The position numbers were made by a program, and so were the translations under genes. From an uncultured Clostridia bacterium (GTDB lineage: Bacteria; Bacillota; Clostridia; Christensenellales; UBA1242): a stretch of 64,000 nt of DNA. Below are positions 46,416-59,200 of the stretch, in pieces (the first letter of the stretch is position 1; the number at the start of each line of letters is the position of its first letter). The stretch spans positions 2,510-66,509 of the forward strand of contig CANQDK010000002.1 in the NCBI GenBank assembly GCA_947591785.1, read 5' to 3'. Under the pieces are notes generated by a model. That model was not told the origin of the DNA, did not search any database, and saw nothing but the letters and a program-made list of their open reading frames with translations.

Positions 46416-49172
46416 TTAAGATTTTCTTTCTCTCCCAAAATGTTTTTCAATTAATTTATATATTTCTCCAAAAAATATGATGGAAATTGAGAATAAAAAT
46501 ACAACCAACCAACAAGAAAAATTCAAAAGTTCAAGTCCCAAAATGTTTCGTAAGTTTGTGCAAGCAATCAATCCCAGCAACCCGAATCCAACAACAATCG
46601 CAAGGGTAAAAAATTTGTTCTTAAATGGATTTGTTTTGAAACAACAACCATTACATCTTGCCGTGAACATATAGAAAAGCTGAATGAAATTAAGTGTGTA
46701 GAAAGCCATCGTGATGGCAACTTGTTCATTATGGACAAAATATCCAAAAAGATATGCACCCATCGTCAACATCGTTTGCATCAATCCAAGCACAAAAAGC
46801 GAAAGTCCCATACCACCGCCAAAAAGTCCTTCATTTTTATTTCTTGGTTTTTCGGACATTATTTCTTTTTCGACAGGTTCAACCCCCAATGCAATTGCTG
46901 GAAGGCTGTCAGTGATAAGATTGACAAAAAGAATTTGGACTGGGAGCAAAAATGTTAATCCTGGAAAAATTATAGTTAAGAAGAAAAGTGACAAAATCTC
47001 TGCCATATTTGCTGAAAAAAGATACTTTATCGTCTTTTGAATGTTGCTATATATCTTTCGCCCTTCTTCAACAGCAACAATAATTGTTGCAAAATTGTCG
47101 TCTGTTATAAGAATATCAGCAACATCTTTTGTAACATCAGTCCCTGTTTTGCCCATTCCAATTCCAATATCAGCTTTTTTCAAACTTGGTGCATCATTAA
47201 CTCCATCACCTGTCATTGCAGTTATATGCCCATTCTTTTTCAAGGCCTCAACAATTCTCACCTTATGTGCTGGTGAAACACGTGCAAAAACATTCTTTTT
47301 TTCAACTTGTTTTGAAAATTCTTCATCTGATAGTTTGTCAATTTCTTCCCCAGACATAACTTCGCTTAAATCTGCAACAATTCCCACCTGCTTTGCAATT
47401 GCATAAGCGGTGTCCTTGTAATCACCTGTTATCATCACAGGTCGCATACCTGCTTTACGACATTTTTCTACTGCACTCTTTATCTCTTTTCTTGGTGGGT
47501 CTTGCAAGCCACACAATCCTAAAAACACAAACTCTTCTTCTTTCAAGTTATTTGTTTTCTTAAAAGCAAAACTTATAACACGCAAAGCGTTTTCACACAT
47601 TTTTTTGTTCCGTTTTTGAATCTCGGCTTTAACTTTTGATTCAAGTGGAAACACACCTTCTTCTGTTAAATAATAAGAACAATGTGAAAGAACTCTGTCA
47701 AGAGCTCCCTTCATAAAGCAAATTTTTTCACCATTGACAAGGTTTTGCGTGGACATCATCTTTCGAGTTGAATTAAAAGAGATTTCATCTATGCGTGGAA
47801 ATTTTATATCCAAAGCTTCTTTTTGCACACCCTTTTTATTTGCAAATTCGACAAGAGCAACTTCTGTTGAGTTTCCAACCCAACCTTTTTCTCCCATTTT
47901 AGCATCATTACAAAGAACCATGGAATTAAGAAAAATTTGAAAATATTCACTTTTTTCATTAAAAAATGTAAAAAAATCAACAGTTTTCATTCGATTTTGT
48001 GTTATTGTGCCTGTTTTGTCACTGCAAATAACATCGCATGCCCCCAGAGTCTCAACCGCATGCATGCGTTTTACTATTGCTTTTTGATGCGATAACTTTG
48101 CAATACCAAGACTCATTATGATTGTGATAACTGCAGGCATACTTTCAGGAATTGCCGCAACGGAAATTGCAACAGCAGTTAGAAATGCACGAAGAATCTG
48201 GTTAGGGTTCGCCAAACATTCCAATATAAATGTGACTGTTGCCATAAGCAAAATGATGTAGGTAAGCACCTTCCCAACACCTTGAATAGACTTTTGAAGC
48301 GGAGTCAAATCTTTTTTCGTGCTTGAAAGACTTTTTGCGATTTTGCCAATTTCACTCTCTTGCCCAATTGCAACAACCATTCCTTTTGCATGTCCACTCT
48401 CAACGATACTGCCAGCATAAGCCATATTTTTTCTTTCGGCAAGCACAAGATTTCTCCCCGAAACAAAATCTGCATGTTTTTCAACAGCTTCACTTTCTCC
48501 AGTCAAAGATGCTTCCGAAATTCTCAAATTTGTTGTTTCAACAAGTCTTAAATCTGCAGGAACAATACTCCCAGATTCCAAACAAACAATATCACCATAC
48601 ACAAGATTGCAAGTTTTTAATTTAAAAATTTTTCCTTCTCGCAAAACATTTGTTTCAGGTTGCGTTAAATTTTTTAAATTTTCTATTGCTTTTTCACTCT
48701 TTCTTTCTTGATAAACTCCAAAAAGAGCATTCATAACAACAATACCCAATATAATAGCACCATCAACTATTTCACTTGATGAGTTTTCAACAATCCCTAT
48801 AATTATTGAGAGGATTCCTGAAACAAGAAGAATAAGCACCATGAGTTCTTTGATTTGTGCAAAAAATTTAACAAAAAAACTTTGTTTTTTTTCTGGTTGA
48901 ATAAGTTTCTTTTTTGCATCAGGAAGTCGTCTTTCCGCAATTTCATTTGATAAACCATTAACATTTGAATCATAATACCGTAGCGATTCTTCAACCGATT
49001 TCTTATAAAACTCAATTTGATAAGATTGTTTTTGTTCAATATTGCCACAATTTTTTGATTTTTTCAGCAATTTTTTTTGATTTTTTTTATTTTTTTCAAT
49101 ATTTTTAATATCTTTATTTTCTTTATTTTTTATTTTAGAAAATTTTTCTTTATAAAAATTATTTTCTTTCAC
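46416..49172 (-). CDS. P-type cation-transporting ATPase (P2A, Ca2+-type)
   Basis: LTGES, AAIPE, CSDKTGT, KGA, DPPR, MITGD, TGDGVNDAP and NLITDSLPAIAL. Confidence 0.95.
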   Translation of the reverse strand: MKENNFYKEKFSKIKNKENKDIKNIEKNKKNQKKLLKKSKNCGNIEQKQSYQIEFYKKSVEESLRYYDSNVNGLSNEIAERRLPDAKKKLIQPEKKQSFFVKFFAQIKELMVLILLVSGILSIIIGIVENSSSEIVDGAIILGIVVMNALFGVYQERKSEKAIENLKNLTQPETNVLREGKIFKLKTCNLVYGDIVCLESGSIVPADLRLVETTNLRISEASLTGESEAVEKHADFVSGRNLVLAERKNMAYAGSIVESGHAKGMVVAIGQESEIGKIAKSLSSTKKDLTPLQKSIQGVGKVLTYIILLMATVTFILECLANPNQILRAFLTAVAISVAAIPESMPAVITIIMSLGIAKLSHQKAIVKRMHAVETLGACDVICSDKTGTITQNRMKTVDFFTFFNEKSEYFQIFLNSMVLCNDAKMGEKGWVGNSTEVALVEFANKKGVQKEALDIKFPRIDEISFNSTRKMMSTQNLVNGEKICFMKGALDRVLSHCSYYLTEEGVFPLESKVKAEIQKRNKKMCENALRVISFAFKKTNNLKEEEFVFLGLCGLQDPPRKEIKSAVEKCRKAGMRPVMITGDYKDTAYAIAKQVGIVADLSEVMSGEEIDKLSDEEFSKQVEKKNVFARVSPAHKVRIVEALKKNGHITAMTGDGVNDAPSLKKADIGIGMGKTGTDVTKDVADILITDDNFATIIVAVEEGRKIYSNIQKTIKYLFSANMAEILSLFFLTIIFPGLTFLLPVQILFVNLITDSLPAIALGVEPVEKEIMSEKPRNKNEGLFGGGMGLSLFVLGLMQTMLTMGAYLFGYFVHNEQVAITMAFYTLNFIQLFYMFTARCNGCCFKTNPFKNKFFTLAIVVGFGLLGLIACTNLRNILGLELLNFSCWLVVFLFSISIIFFGEIYKLIEKHFGRERKS

Positions 49173-49338
49173 AAAAATCTCCTGACATATTTTATTGATA
49201 TGAAGAGAAGATTTATAACTTTTTATTTAAGTTTTCAATAAAAATGTTAATTTATTTTTTTATTTTAATAATAAAAATGATAATTTATTTTTAATAGTAA
49301 AAATGATAATTTATTTAAACAACAAACTGCAATTTCTT

Positions 49339-50127
49339 TTAAATAATAAACACGCTGACAATCGAAATTATTGCAAGATATAATGAAAACCATTTTAAAT
49401 TTGCTTTTTCAGTCAACTTAATCATAACCTTAATTGCAAAAATACCAACTAAAAATGCGGCTAAAAATGCAATTATTGTTGGAAAAATTTGAATATTCAC
49501 AACTTCCTTGCCTGCCACAATTTCATAAATTTCCATTATAAGCGATAAGAAAATCACAGGTATTGACATTAAAAAAGAAAACTTTGCAACCTCTTTTTTA
49601 TCTTTTCCTTGCAGTAATCCTGCACTTATTGTCGAACCAGAGCGAGATATCCCTGGAAAAACAGCAAATCCTTGTGCAACACCAATCCAAAAAGCACTTT
49701 TGTAATCAATCTCTTTTAAATCAGGATAATCTTTGGTTTTATGATTTTTATTGTTAAATTTTTCTGCAAAAAGGAGTAAAAAAGCCGATAAAGCAAAACA
49801 TATTGGTAACAGTTTCCCTGCAAAAGACATTTTTATAATGGGCATAAGCACAAGAACAATTATGCAAGTTGGAATTGTTGCAACAGCAATTTGAATTGTT
49901 TTTTGTGAAAAAGGGTGTTTTATCATTTCCCAAATATCTTTTCTAAAAATTACTAAAATTGAAAGTAGTGTGGCAAAATGAAGCAAAATTGAGAAAAAAA
50001 GACTCTCTTCAATTCCAAATAATTTTGAGAACAAAACCAAGTGTCCTGAAGAAGAGACTGGCAAAAATTCAGTTAACCCCTGAATTATTCCTAAAAAAAA
50101 TAAAGCAAGAAACAAATTCATAAACAT
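49339..50127 (-). CDS. uppP: Undecaprenyl-diphosphate phosphatase BacA/UppP
   Basis: QGLTEFLPVSSSGHL, PGISRSGSTI and FSFLMSIP. Confidence 0.96.
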   Translation of the reverse strand: MFMNLFLALFFLGIIQGLTEFLPVSSSGHLVLFSKLFGIEESLFFSILLHFATLLSILVIFRKDIWEMIKHPFSQKTIQIAVATIPTCIIVLVLMPIIKMSFAGKLLPICFALSAFLLLFAEKFNNKNHKTKDYPDLKEIDYKSAFWIGVAQGFAVFPGISRSGSTISAGLLQGKDKKEVAKFSFLMSIPVIFLSLIMEIYEIVAGKEVVNIQIFPTIIAFLAAFLVGIFAIKVMIKLTEKANLKWFSLYLAIISIVSVFII

Positions 50128-50215
50128 TCCTTGCTTTATTTTATTTAATTTTTTATAGAATTATTGCACTATTTTAATCAAATATTGCTATTATTATTGT
50201 TCTAAACATTAATAA

Positions 50216-53200
50216 TTACTGTTTTGAAAGTTTTTCTCTCTCTTTTTTCTTCTTTCTGTTCACGACAATTAAAACAACAATAATTAAGATTAACAGCAAC
50301 AAAATTATAAGAATCAACCACAGATACCAATACGATGTTTTTCCTAAAATTATCGTTGCTTTTGAGCCAATAACACCAAACAATCCATTATATCTGATTG
50401 GATTATATTCCATTGCCAGCCCAATGCCTGAAATCGAATGGTCATTGAAGTTGAAATAGCCATTGAAGAATTGTTCTCTTGTGCCAATTGGTGTCCAGAA
50501 CTCTTCTCCTAAATCAATGTCATTCACAACCACCCAATAGCATTCATTATATTTCACTTCATTTGAATTTGACATGCCTTTATTACACAATGCCATCATC
50601 TGAGCAAGTTCTTTCTCAGAACTAATCTTATATGGATTTTTATATGTTCCTTCGCCCTTAAACAATATTTCTTCTTCATCATTAAATTCATTTTCCCACA
50701 ATAATCTTGTGAATTGAATGTGAACATATATCGTTCCTTGAATTCCATTTGCTTGAATAAATTCTCTTGTAAGAATGATTTTGCCGTCTTCTGTGAAGAA
50801 CTGACTCATATCCGTGAAATTTTGCCCCATGTTTGAGATTGTGACACTGCTGATTGCATATCTTTCATTGCATACAGTGTCAAAGGCAACCTGCCCTTTG
50901 TTGCTTACTGAGAAGAATTTGGTCATTTCTCCATTGAATAATGCCCCACCAGCAACATTGACATCATTTCCATCCAGTGCATCTTGTATAATATCTTTAT
51001 CAACAAAACTGTTTGTTATATAGATTGCAAAAGATGTGTTTTCAAAGATTGGAACAATTTCAACAACCTTTTCGTGTGCATTGTTTGTTTCGTTTGCATG
51101 TTCCGCAGTGATTTTAAGTGAGAAGAGATGTCTATTGATGTTTTTGTCATAACCCAAATATGAAACATCTTTTCTTTCACCCCAGTTGACAGAATATCCT
51201 TCATCAACAGTCAGAGCGAAAGTGACATCACAGCCAACTCTAACATCCACTCTAATACGTTCTTTCACGAAAGCCAGTCCAGTGCCAGAACCTAAAACAT
51301 AAGAATAATTTTCGCCATTAATAACTTGTGAATACATTTCTCTGATTTGACCAAATTTTGTATCGTAGTCATTAAAGCCGAGAGTTACCTTATCACCTTC
51401 CAAATTAAGAACCAGTGATGCTCTGCGAACAATTGCACGCATTTGCAATGGATTGTCTAACGAAGTGACGCCACCATCTGAAAGAATATTCCAATTCAAG
51501 AAAGTATAACCCTGTTTTAATTTTGCAGTAAGGGTGAATTTTTCGCCAGTCATAACAAAGCCTTTCTTTAACAGCGTCTTCCCTTGGGAGTCGGTGACTG
51601 GTTCTTGTTCTATGGCAATTTCTTCAACTTCACCGCCAACAATTCTTATGTCAACTTGTGCAAAATATATGATTTGAACCTGACATTCAACATAGTTATC
51701 TTTATTGTTTGTTGACCATGGAAGATTTTCTGCAAATGATTCAACGTCAGCAACCCAATCTCCATTGCCATTTCTTTGTTTGATTACAAATTTATAGAAT
51801 TGATAGCCATTGATTTTTGGAGCCGTGAAATAAATATCTGTGTTATACGAAACTTCCATATAATGTGGAGATGCTTCATAATACCAAGAATTTGTGTAAT
51901 CAACTCCACTTATAATTTCTTGTGCAGTATAGTTTAAACTCTCGCTTGGAACAATGCTAATGTTGATTCTTGTTTTTTGATATGATTGATATTGATAAAC
52001 AGAAATTTCAAAATTTCCCTCATCATCAATTTCAAGATTTTCGCTGTATTCAAACAAATTCGTAACTTTATTATAGACGTATCCATTCTCCAGCCACTTT
52101 CCAACCACATCTCCATTATAGTCGATGTATTGTTTTCCGCCTCCGTTTTGGCTGGTGAAATAGCCCATGAAAACATATCCCGATTTTCTTTGAACAAGAT
52201 TTAATCTACCATTAACATATTTTATAGAAGGATCTTCATGAATATTATTAGAATTCAATCTTGACAAATTAATTGATTCATTGAATGAAACATTTTCAAC
52301 ACGAGCAAGAGTCTTATCACCATTCTTAAACACGACTGTATATTTGCTTGAACCTAATGTGATGACAATATGGTTTCTTCCCAAGAATTCTTCAACGCCA
52401 CCGTTGATTCTGAATGTCACCTTGCCAACATAACCAGTTTCTTCGATTGAAAGCTCATGATATTCAATACTGTTCTTGTCAACAATTGAATATTCTTTCA
52501 GCTCACCTTTAACTTGATTGAAGTCAACAGTGAAACCTGCACGAACATAAGCAACAATATCGAAGTGGCTGTCTGTGTAAGCAAGAACAGAAAGTGCAGA
52601 ATAATCGCTTCCAGAAGTCCAAACTTTATGTTCATTTCCAAGTAATGGAATCACTTCAAAAGCCCCACCTTCTGCCTTGTCACCATTATTGTAGAAATCA
52701 AGGTCAATGATATTTAAAAGTGGTTTGAACACAACTGTCACATAAACATATTTACCACCAATAAGTTTGTCAATACAGAAAATGCTGTAATCCGCTGCTT
52801 CAAGAATTTTCGACACTTCTGGATTTTCAACACCTTCTTGTTGCATTGACAGAATTGCTTCAACTCTGTCAATAGTATATCCAGCTCTCTCTGTTTCAAC
52901 TTTTATGAAAACTTTACTTGATGTGTAAGCAATAATTGAAAATTGCTTTGTGTTGTCAGTTGGATATTCTTCATAATGAACCAAAGTTCCTTCAACATAG
53001 CCATATTTGTTGACCGTTTCACCTTCATTGTTTGTTAATTGAACTTTTCCAACATCAAGGTCCAATTCTCTAAAGCCTTCAACTTCAATGATTGTGTTGA
53101 CTTGAATTTGTGTTGCACGAGGAATCAAAACAACATAAATTGTATTGACACCCACACCAAATTCTCCATTCTTAATTTCAACAGAAATTTGACTTCCGCT

Positions 53201-56200
53201 TGTTGTTTCGCCACCAAGTAAAACAAATTCTTGAGCATCTCCTTCTGTTTTGTAATAGCCATATCCACGATACAAATAGCCATCTGGAATTTCAACATTA
53301 AAGTTAAGGTCAAGGCCAAAATTGTAAGCAACTGAAGTTATTTTTTCTCCGCGTGCATTTGTAAAATTCAAAGCAGGCATTGTTGAATAAACTTCTTCAA
53401 CCTTTTCAGGTTCATCTGCTTCATATTCTTCAAACAGTTTATAATACAATCTTGCATCAAGGTTGATATTGACAGTCTTTGTTGTAAATATCGCATAAAT
53501 AATATAACTACTGCTTTCAACATCATAACTAGCACTTGTCAAAAGTTCTTCTGTCAATGTGCAAGAATATGATTTTGCATTGCTAATATAATGTCCGCTT
53601 TGACGACTCAAACTCCAACCAGCAAAATCGTAGCCTTCCTCACCATTGGTTGCAGTCAATGTTACATCGCTCAAGAAATCTATTTCTTGTTTTGTCAAGT
53701 TTGTGTTTGTTCCAAAATATGCTTTATTATTTGCAACTTGTTCTTCTCCAACAGAGTCAAATGTCACAGCAACAAGCGAAATATTAAATTTAACATATTT
53801 AGAACTTATCAGAACTTCACCAGATTTCAAAATTCCACTTATCAAAATTTCAACCCAGCCATCTTTATCAACGTTAATTTTTTCTGCCGAACAATTTGTT
53901 GGAGAAACAGTTGAAAATTCATAACCGAAATTATACTTCACAAAAATGCTTGTGCTAAAATCAGAGCCAGCAATTGCAGAAATTTTTGGTAAAGCCGACA
54001 AACCTTCACCGAAATATGTTTTTTCATTAATTTTTACAGAATTAACCGCTTTATTATCGCTAAATCTCAGTGTAATTTCAACAGGCAATTCGTTTATATG
54101 GAAAGTTATTGCCAAGTCTTCACTTATTCCCTCAATCTCGACAGTCAAAACATTGTTCTCAACCACTTTTGAAACAGTCAGCCCAGAAGTTTGCCCAACA
54201 AAATCAATCTCATTTGTAATTTCATAACCACTATCTGGTGTGACAACAAGTTTAAGTTTGTGTCCCTTAATAATGTCAACCGAACCAGATATTTCAGCAA
54301 GTTGATTGTCATCTGTCATATCTGTTGCAACAACTGACAATAATTCTGTGTTGTAAGAAACTTTAAATTTAATATAGTCTGCAATCACTTCAAATGAAAC
54401 ATTTTCAGCAGGCATAGTCAAAGAAATTTCAACATAACTCTTTGCTTCGTTCAAGAATGTAACATCAAAACCTTCGCCATATTTTGTTTCAAGAGTTTTC
54501 CATATCTCTAAGTCAAGATGATAGAAATCTTCGCTAACCAACATTCTAAATGTAACTTTTGTGCCATAAGAAATGTCTGTTGCAACAACTTTTCCACCTT
54601 CTTCACTCTCAACAAACAGATTTCCAAGAGGCTCTTCGTCAAGAACGAAATTTACATCGCTTATAGAAAGATTTTGATATGTGATTTCAATGTTTGATTT
54701 AATAATGTTCCATTTTGCATAAAGAGAAATATTACCAACTTCACCAATTCCAATTTCTGCCTTCAAAGTTTCTTCTTTGAATTCAAAATCGGTAAACCAA
54801 CCACCAAAAGTATATCCTTCCTTCGTTATAGAATCTTCTCCTGGCAAAATCACACCTTTATCAGTTGTGTAAGATTTTGGAACGCTTTCTTCATCAACCC
54901 AAACACCCTCATTTGTGTAGTATGTAATTGTATAAGTAATAATGTCGTAAACAGGCTTTATTGTCAATTCGGCATCATCTTCCAAATCTGAAAGAAGTTC
55001 TCCCAAAGTTTTGTTAAGGTTTTCATCCATTTCTTGCCCGCCAACCTCAAACAAATACTCTGTTCCATTGACATCAAAACCTTTAATGTCATAGCCATCA
55101 CGCTCTATATTTTCAGCCAAATCTTGAAGAGTGTATTTTTCCAAATTGTCATAAGAAGTTTTCCATTCATAAATATTTTTCTCAGTTTCTGCCTTCTTGA
55201 CAAAATTGCCATCTTTCATTGTTGCATCTTCTGGAAGTTCAAGTTCAACATTAACTTTTTGGTATCTCATTCTTACGTAAATTGTGAAATCTTTGCTAAC
55301 ATTTGAAATTGTCAATTTATTTCCAGAGATAACAACATTTTCGCCAGCTTCAAGATACGATTTACCATTGTAGAAAGAATCAAGAACAAAGTGATTTGCT
55401 GGACTAACTGTCACAGAAAAACTTTGGCCATACTCAACCTTTCCATTAAATTCAGTAATATTGTTTTCGTTTATTTCTAAACTTGGAACTTCAACAGTCA
55501 ATGTTCCACGATTTTCAACAACTCCGCTTCCTGAGACAAGTTCATCACCATTTTCGTCAACAATATAGACTCTCAAATTTTGCTTTATTGTTTCCCATAC
55601 TGAAGTGAATGTGACATCAACTTTGTTTTCTTCATCTTCCATTCCAGTTTTATCCTTAAATGAATAGCCAAGTTCTCTATACGAGTCATCTCCAACAAGA
55701 AGATTTAAGAATGTTACAGTCTTAGCATCATTTCCAACAACAACCTTAATCTTATTTGGCTCGTTTTCATCTTCGATTGTTGTAAATCCAGAAATTTGAT
55801 ATTTCAAATTAGTTAAAAGTTCTTTAAGTTCAGAAGCATTTCCTTTGTCTGAGAAATCAAAATCCATTGTCCAGTATAAGAACTCTTTTCCAACAGGAAT
55901 AGTCGCTGGAACAAACTGAGTTGGGAATGAACCTTCATTCTTTTGTTCGCTTGAAACAGCATTATCTGTCAATCTTTGCAGATTCTTTAATGGATAAGAT
56001 ACATCTGACAAGAGTTCTCTTCCGCCAAGCCTATATTCTGCTTCACTTTCAGTGTTCACAAAATTAATATGAATTTTAATTGAGATGATTCTTCCAAACA
56101 TATTTGGTTCAACATAGTTGTTTGCATCATCACCACTTAATGTAAAGTTAATCTTAATTGAATCGCCACTTACAGAAGCAAACTCTGCGTTAGAAATTGT

Positions 56201-59200
56201 GACATCATCATTTTCAACCTTATTTGTGATATTAAAGAGAAGTTCTCTTTCCATATCATCAGCAAAGATTTTCAAATCAGTTGTTCCGTCGTAAGCTTTT
56301 GTGAAAATGTTTGCAAGAGGAATTTCAAGCTCTTCCAATTCAAGTTGTCTTTCAACAATTGTCAAACCATCTGTAATTTTTCCAAGTTCAATTCTCTCTC
56401 CGTTTTTAATGAATCCAACAAGTTGGAAATCATCACTTTCAAGCATAATTTCAATATCGTGTGAACCAACAATATATTTTTCGCTTCTTAATGATTTTTC
56501 GCCATAAATTGTATATACAATTTCAAAACGTCTTGCAAGCATATAGGATTGAATGTTAAACAAAGTCAATTCGCTGTTAAATTGATATGTCAAATTAGGT
56601 TTGATTTCGTCACCATAAATAAACACCATTGCATCTGAATCAAGATTTATGACAACAGGTGCTTTTGTAATGACACCCTTAACTTCCACGCCATCAACTG
56701 TTGTGCATGATGAAATATCATAATTTCCAGCATCTTTACCTGTCAAAACAGCACTGATAGAATAAGGTTCTTCACCAACATAAACAGCAGGTTGTTTTCC
56801 AGAAGTAAGGAATGTCACTTGAACCCCAACTTGCTCATCATTTATGATTCCTTCAAGAATATCTTGACTATAAGAGAATATTGCTGGAGCATTTGTGAAC
56901 ATTTCTTGCAATGTTTTATATTCATTTTTGAAATAAAGCTTCTTTTGTGCAACATTAAGTTTGAAAGCAAATTGAGTTTCTGTTGCAGATTTTCCAAGAC
57001 GAACTTCATTTGTTCCAGAAGTTGTGGTTCCAGCATAAATCAAGTATGAGCCAACTCTGTTTATAAATTTGTCAGAACTGTTTTGAGCAACAAAGTTGAT
57101 TCCTGTTGCAACAAAATCACGAACTTCTCCAGTGTAAAGAACATAATTTTCCAACTCTTTCACAAAGAAGGCAAGTTCAAATTCTTTTTTATCTCCTGTC
57201 GCTTGATTCTTTACAACCAAGTAATATTTTGTTTTAGCTTCAACATCTTTGCTTTCAATAAGAATTTGATCATAAACTTTTGCATCATATTCAAATGTTG
57301 CTTCATTAGTCCCATCAGCGAAAAGAACATAAATCAAAGAAGATTGCATTTTTATAATCTGGAAAGCACCTTGCACACTCTTATCGTTGACACTCAAAGA
57401 ATAGTCTGTGTTTGAACACTCAACACCAATTATTCTGTAATAACCAACTTCAGGTGAACTATCGTTTCTTTGTAAAACTATTTCAAGACTTTCAGCAAGT
57501 GGTGCTTTGTCCTCAGTCAAAGTGTAAGTATATTTATCACCTTGAATAAGGCTTGAACCATATTCAACTGTAATTTCTCCATCTTCCTTATACACAATTT
57601 GGTATTCATAAGGAGAAACGACAATTTGTCTTTCAAAACTCTGGAATTCATAGTTTGCAACAGTGCCAGAAATTTTTGGAGCACCTGTGACTGTCAAAGT
57701 GTATGTTCCAGTTCTTAAATAGCCCAATGCAGAATAGATTGCACCTTCGCCATCAGTTTTAGACAAACTTATATTTAAAGTATAAAGGTTTTCAGAAATA
57801 GGAAGTTTGTTGGATTCCAAAGTTCCGTTTGATGTGTCATAAACAACAAAGTTAAGTCCAATATATGCATTTCCGTCATCTATATGTTTGATGTCACCAT
57901 AGATGTAGTTGAGTTTATCTCCGTCAATAGTTATTGTGGCTTGTGCAGGTTTTATATCCCCAGTTGTTTGTGATGCGGACAGTTCATAGTTTGCCAAAGC
58001 ATTCCCTTGCATTCCAACAAAACGCAAAGTCTTTCCATCTCCAACATTAGGATCTGAGAATTGTCCTGACAAAGTCAAAGAATCGCCTTCGGCAAGGAAT
58101 GATTCATCAACATTAACTTCAACATCTGTTCTTCCATCATAGAATTTCTTTATTTCCAAATCATCAACATTGATGACTTTCTTCTTTATAACAAGTTTAT
58201 ATTCATCATAGAACAAAACGCTTCCATAACTCTTATCAGCAACACTTGCATCTAATTTAAGTTTATAAGTTCCAGCATTTTTAACTTTTCCTGCATCTTC
58301 TTCAGATGCTCCAACAATTTCAATTTGGAATTTTGAGAAAACAAATTCATTTTCTGCAACTTCATTTTCAGAGCCATCTGTTTCCATTAAAACGAATGAA
58401 ACAGCAACATCAACTTCATTGAGAGAAAGTTTTTTGGATTGTGAAGAATCAAGAATCATATTTTCTGTCACAAAGCCATAGAATTTCCCATCATAAGTGA
58501 TGTCTTCTGGCATTACAAGTTTAACAAACAAAGTTTCTTCTGCTGGCATAACATAGAAACCTTTATTTCTTTCAAGTCCACTGTTGCTTATGAGTTGAAT
58601 GCTGATACTTCCACTCACATAGTCCATCTTAAAAGTCTTTTCTCCACCATTAAGAAGGCTTATTGAATAATATTCTTCTGCGATAAATTCGTCCACATCG
58701 TCAGTAAGCACAAAAATTAGTTCAAGTTCATCGCCAGTTTCGGCAACAATGTATTGTTCTGCATAGCTTTCAAATTCTTTTGCCTTTCTCAATGTTCGAC
58801 TGATATATCCATCGCGAACCATGTAATTTATTTCTTTTGTTGTCACGCTAAATGCTGGATAATCATTCAAAACATTTTCAGTTGCATTTGTGATATTGAA
58901 ATCTTCAAAAGAAACATTTACTAAAACTGTGTATTCCCCTTTGAGAAGGAAAGTTCCATTTCCATTATCATTTGTGTAAATAGTGTCTTTGCTTTCTTTA
59001 ATTGACACACCATTAAATGACGCAATCGAATAAACGAGTTGGTAGTAGCCTGCAACAAGCATACTGCCCTTAACATCATCTCCATTTTTATCTTCCAAAC
59101 TTAAAATTGAGATTTCATTTCTAAGTTGATTTTCTGAAAGTTGTCCATAAATATATGAATCTTCCATTTTAAGAGAAAGTTGTGCATCTCTCTTCAAAAT

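Noticed and set aside
49261-49316. About 26-bp tandem duplication containing AATGATAAT as Fur boxes upstream of the P-type ATPase
   Set aside because: Only one half-site matches, and such matches are expected by chance in DNA this AT-rich.
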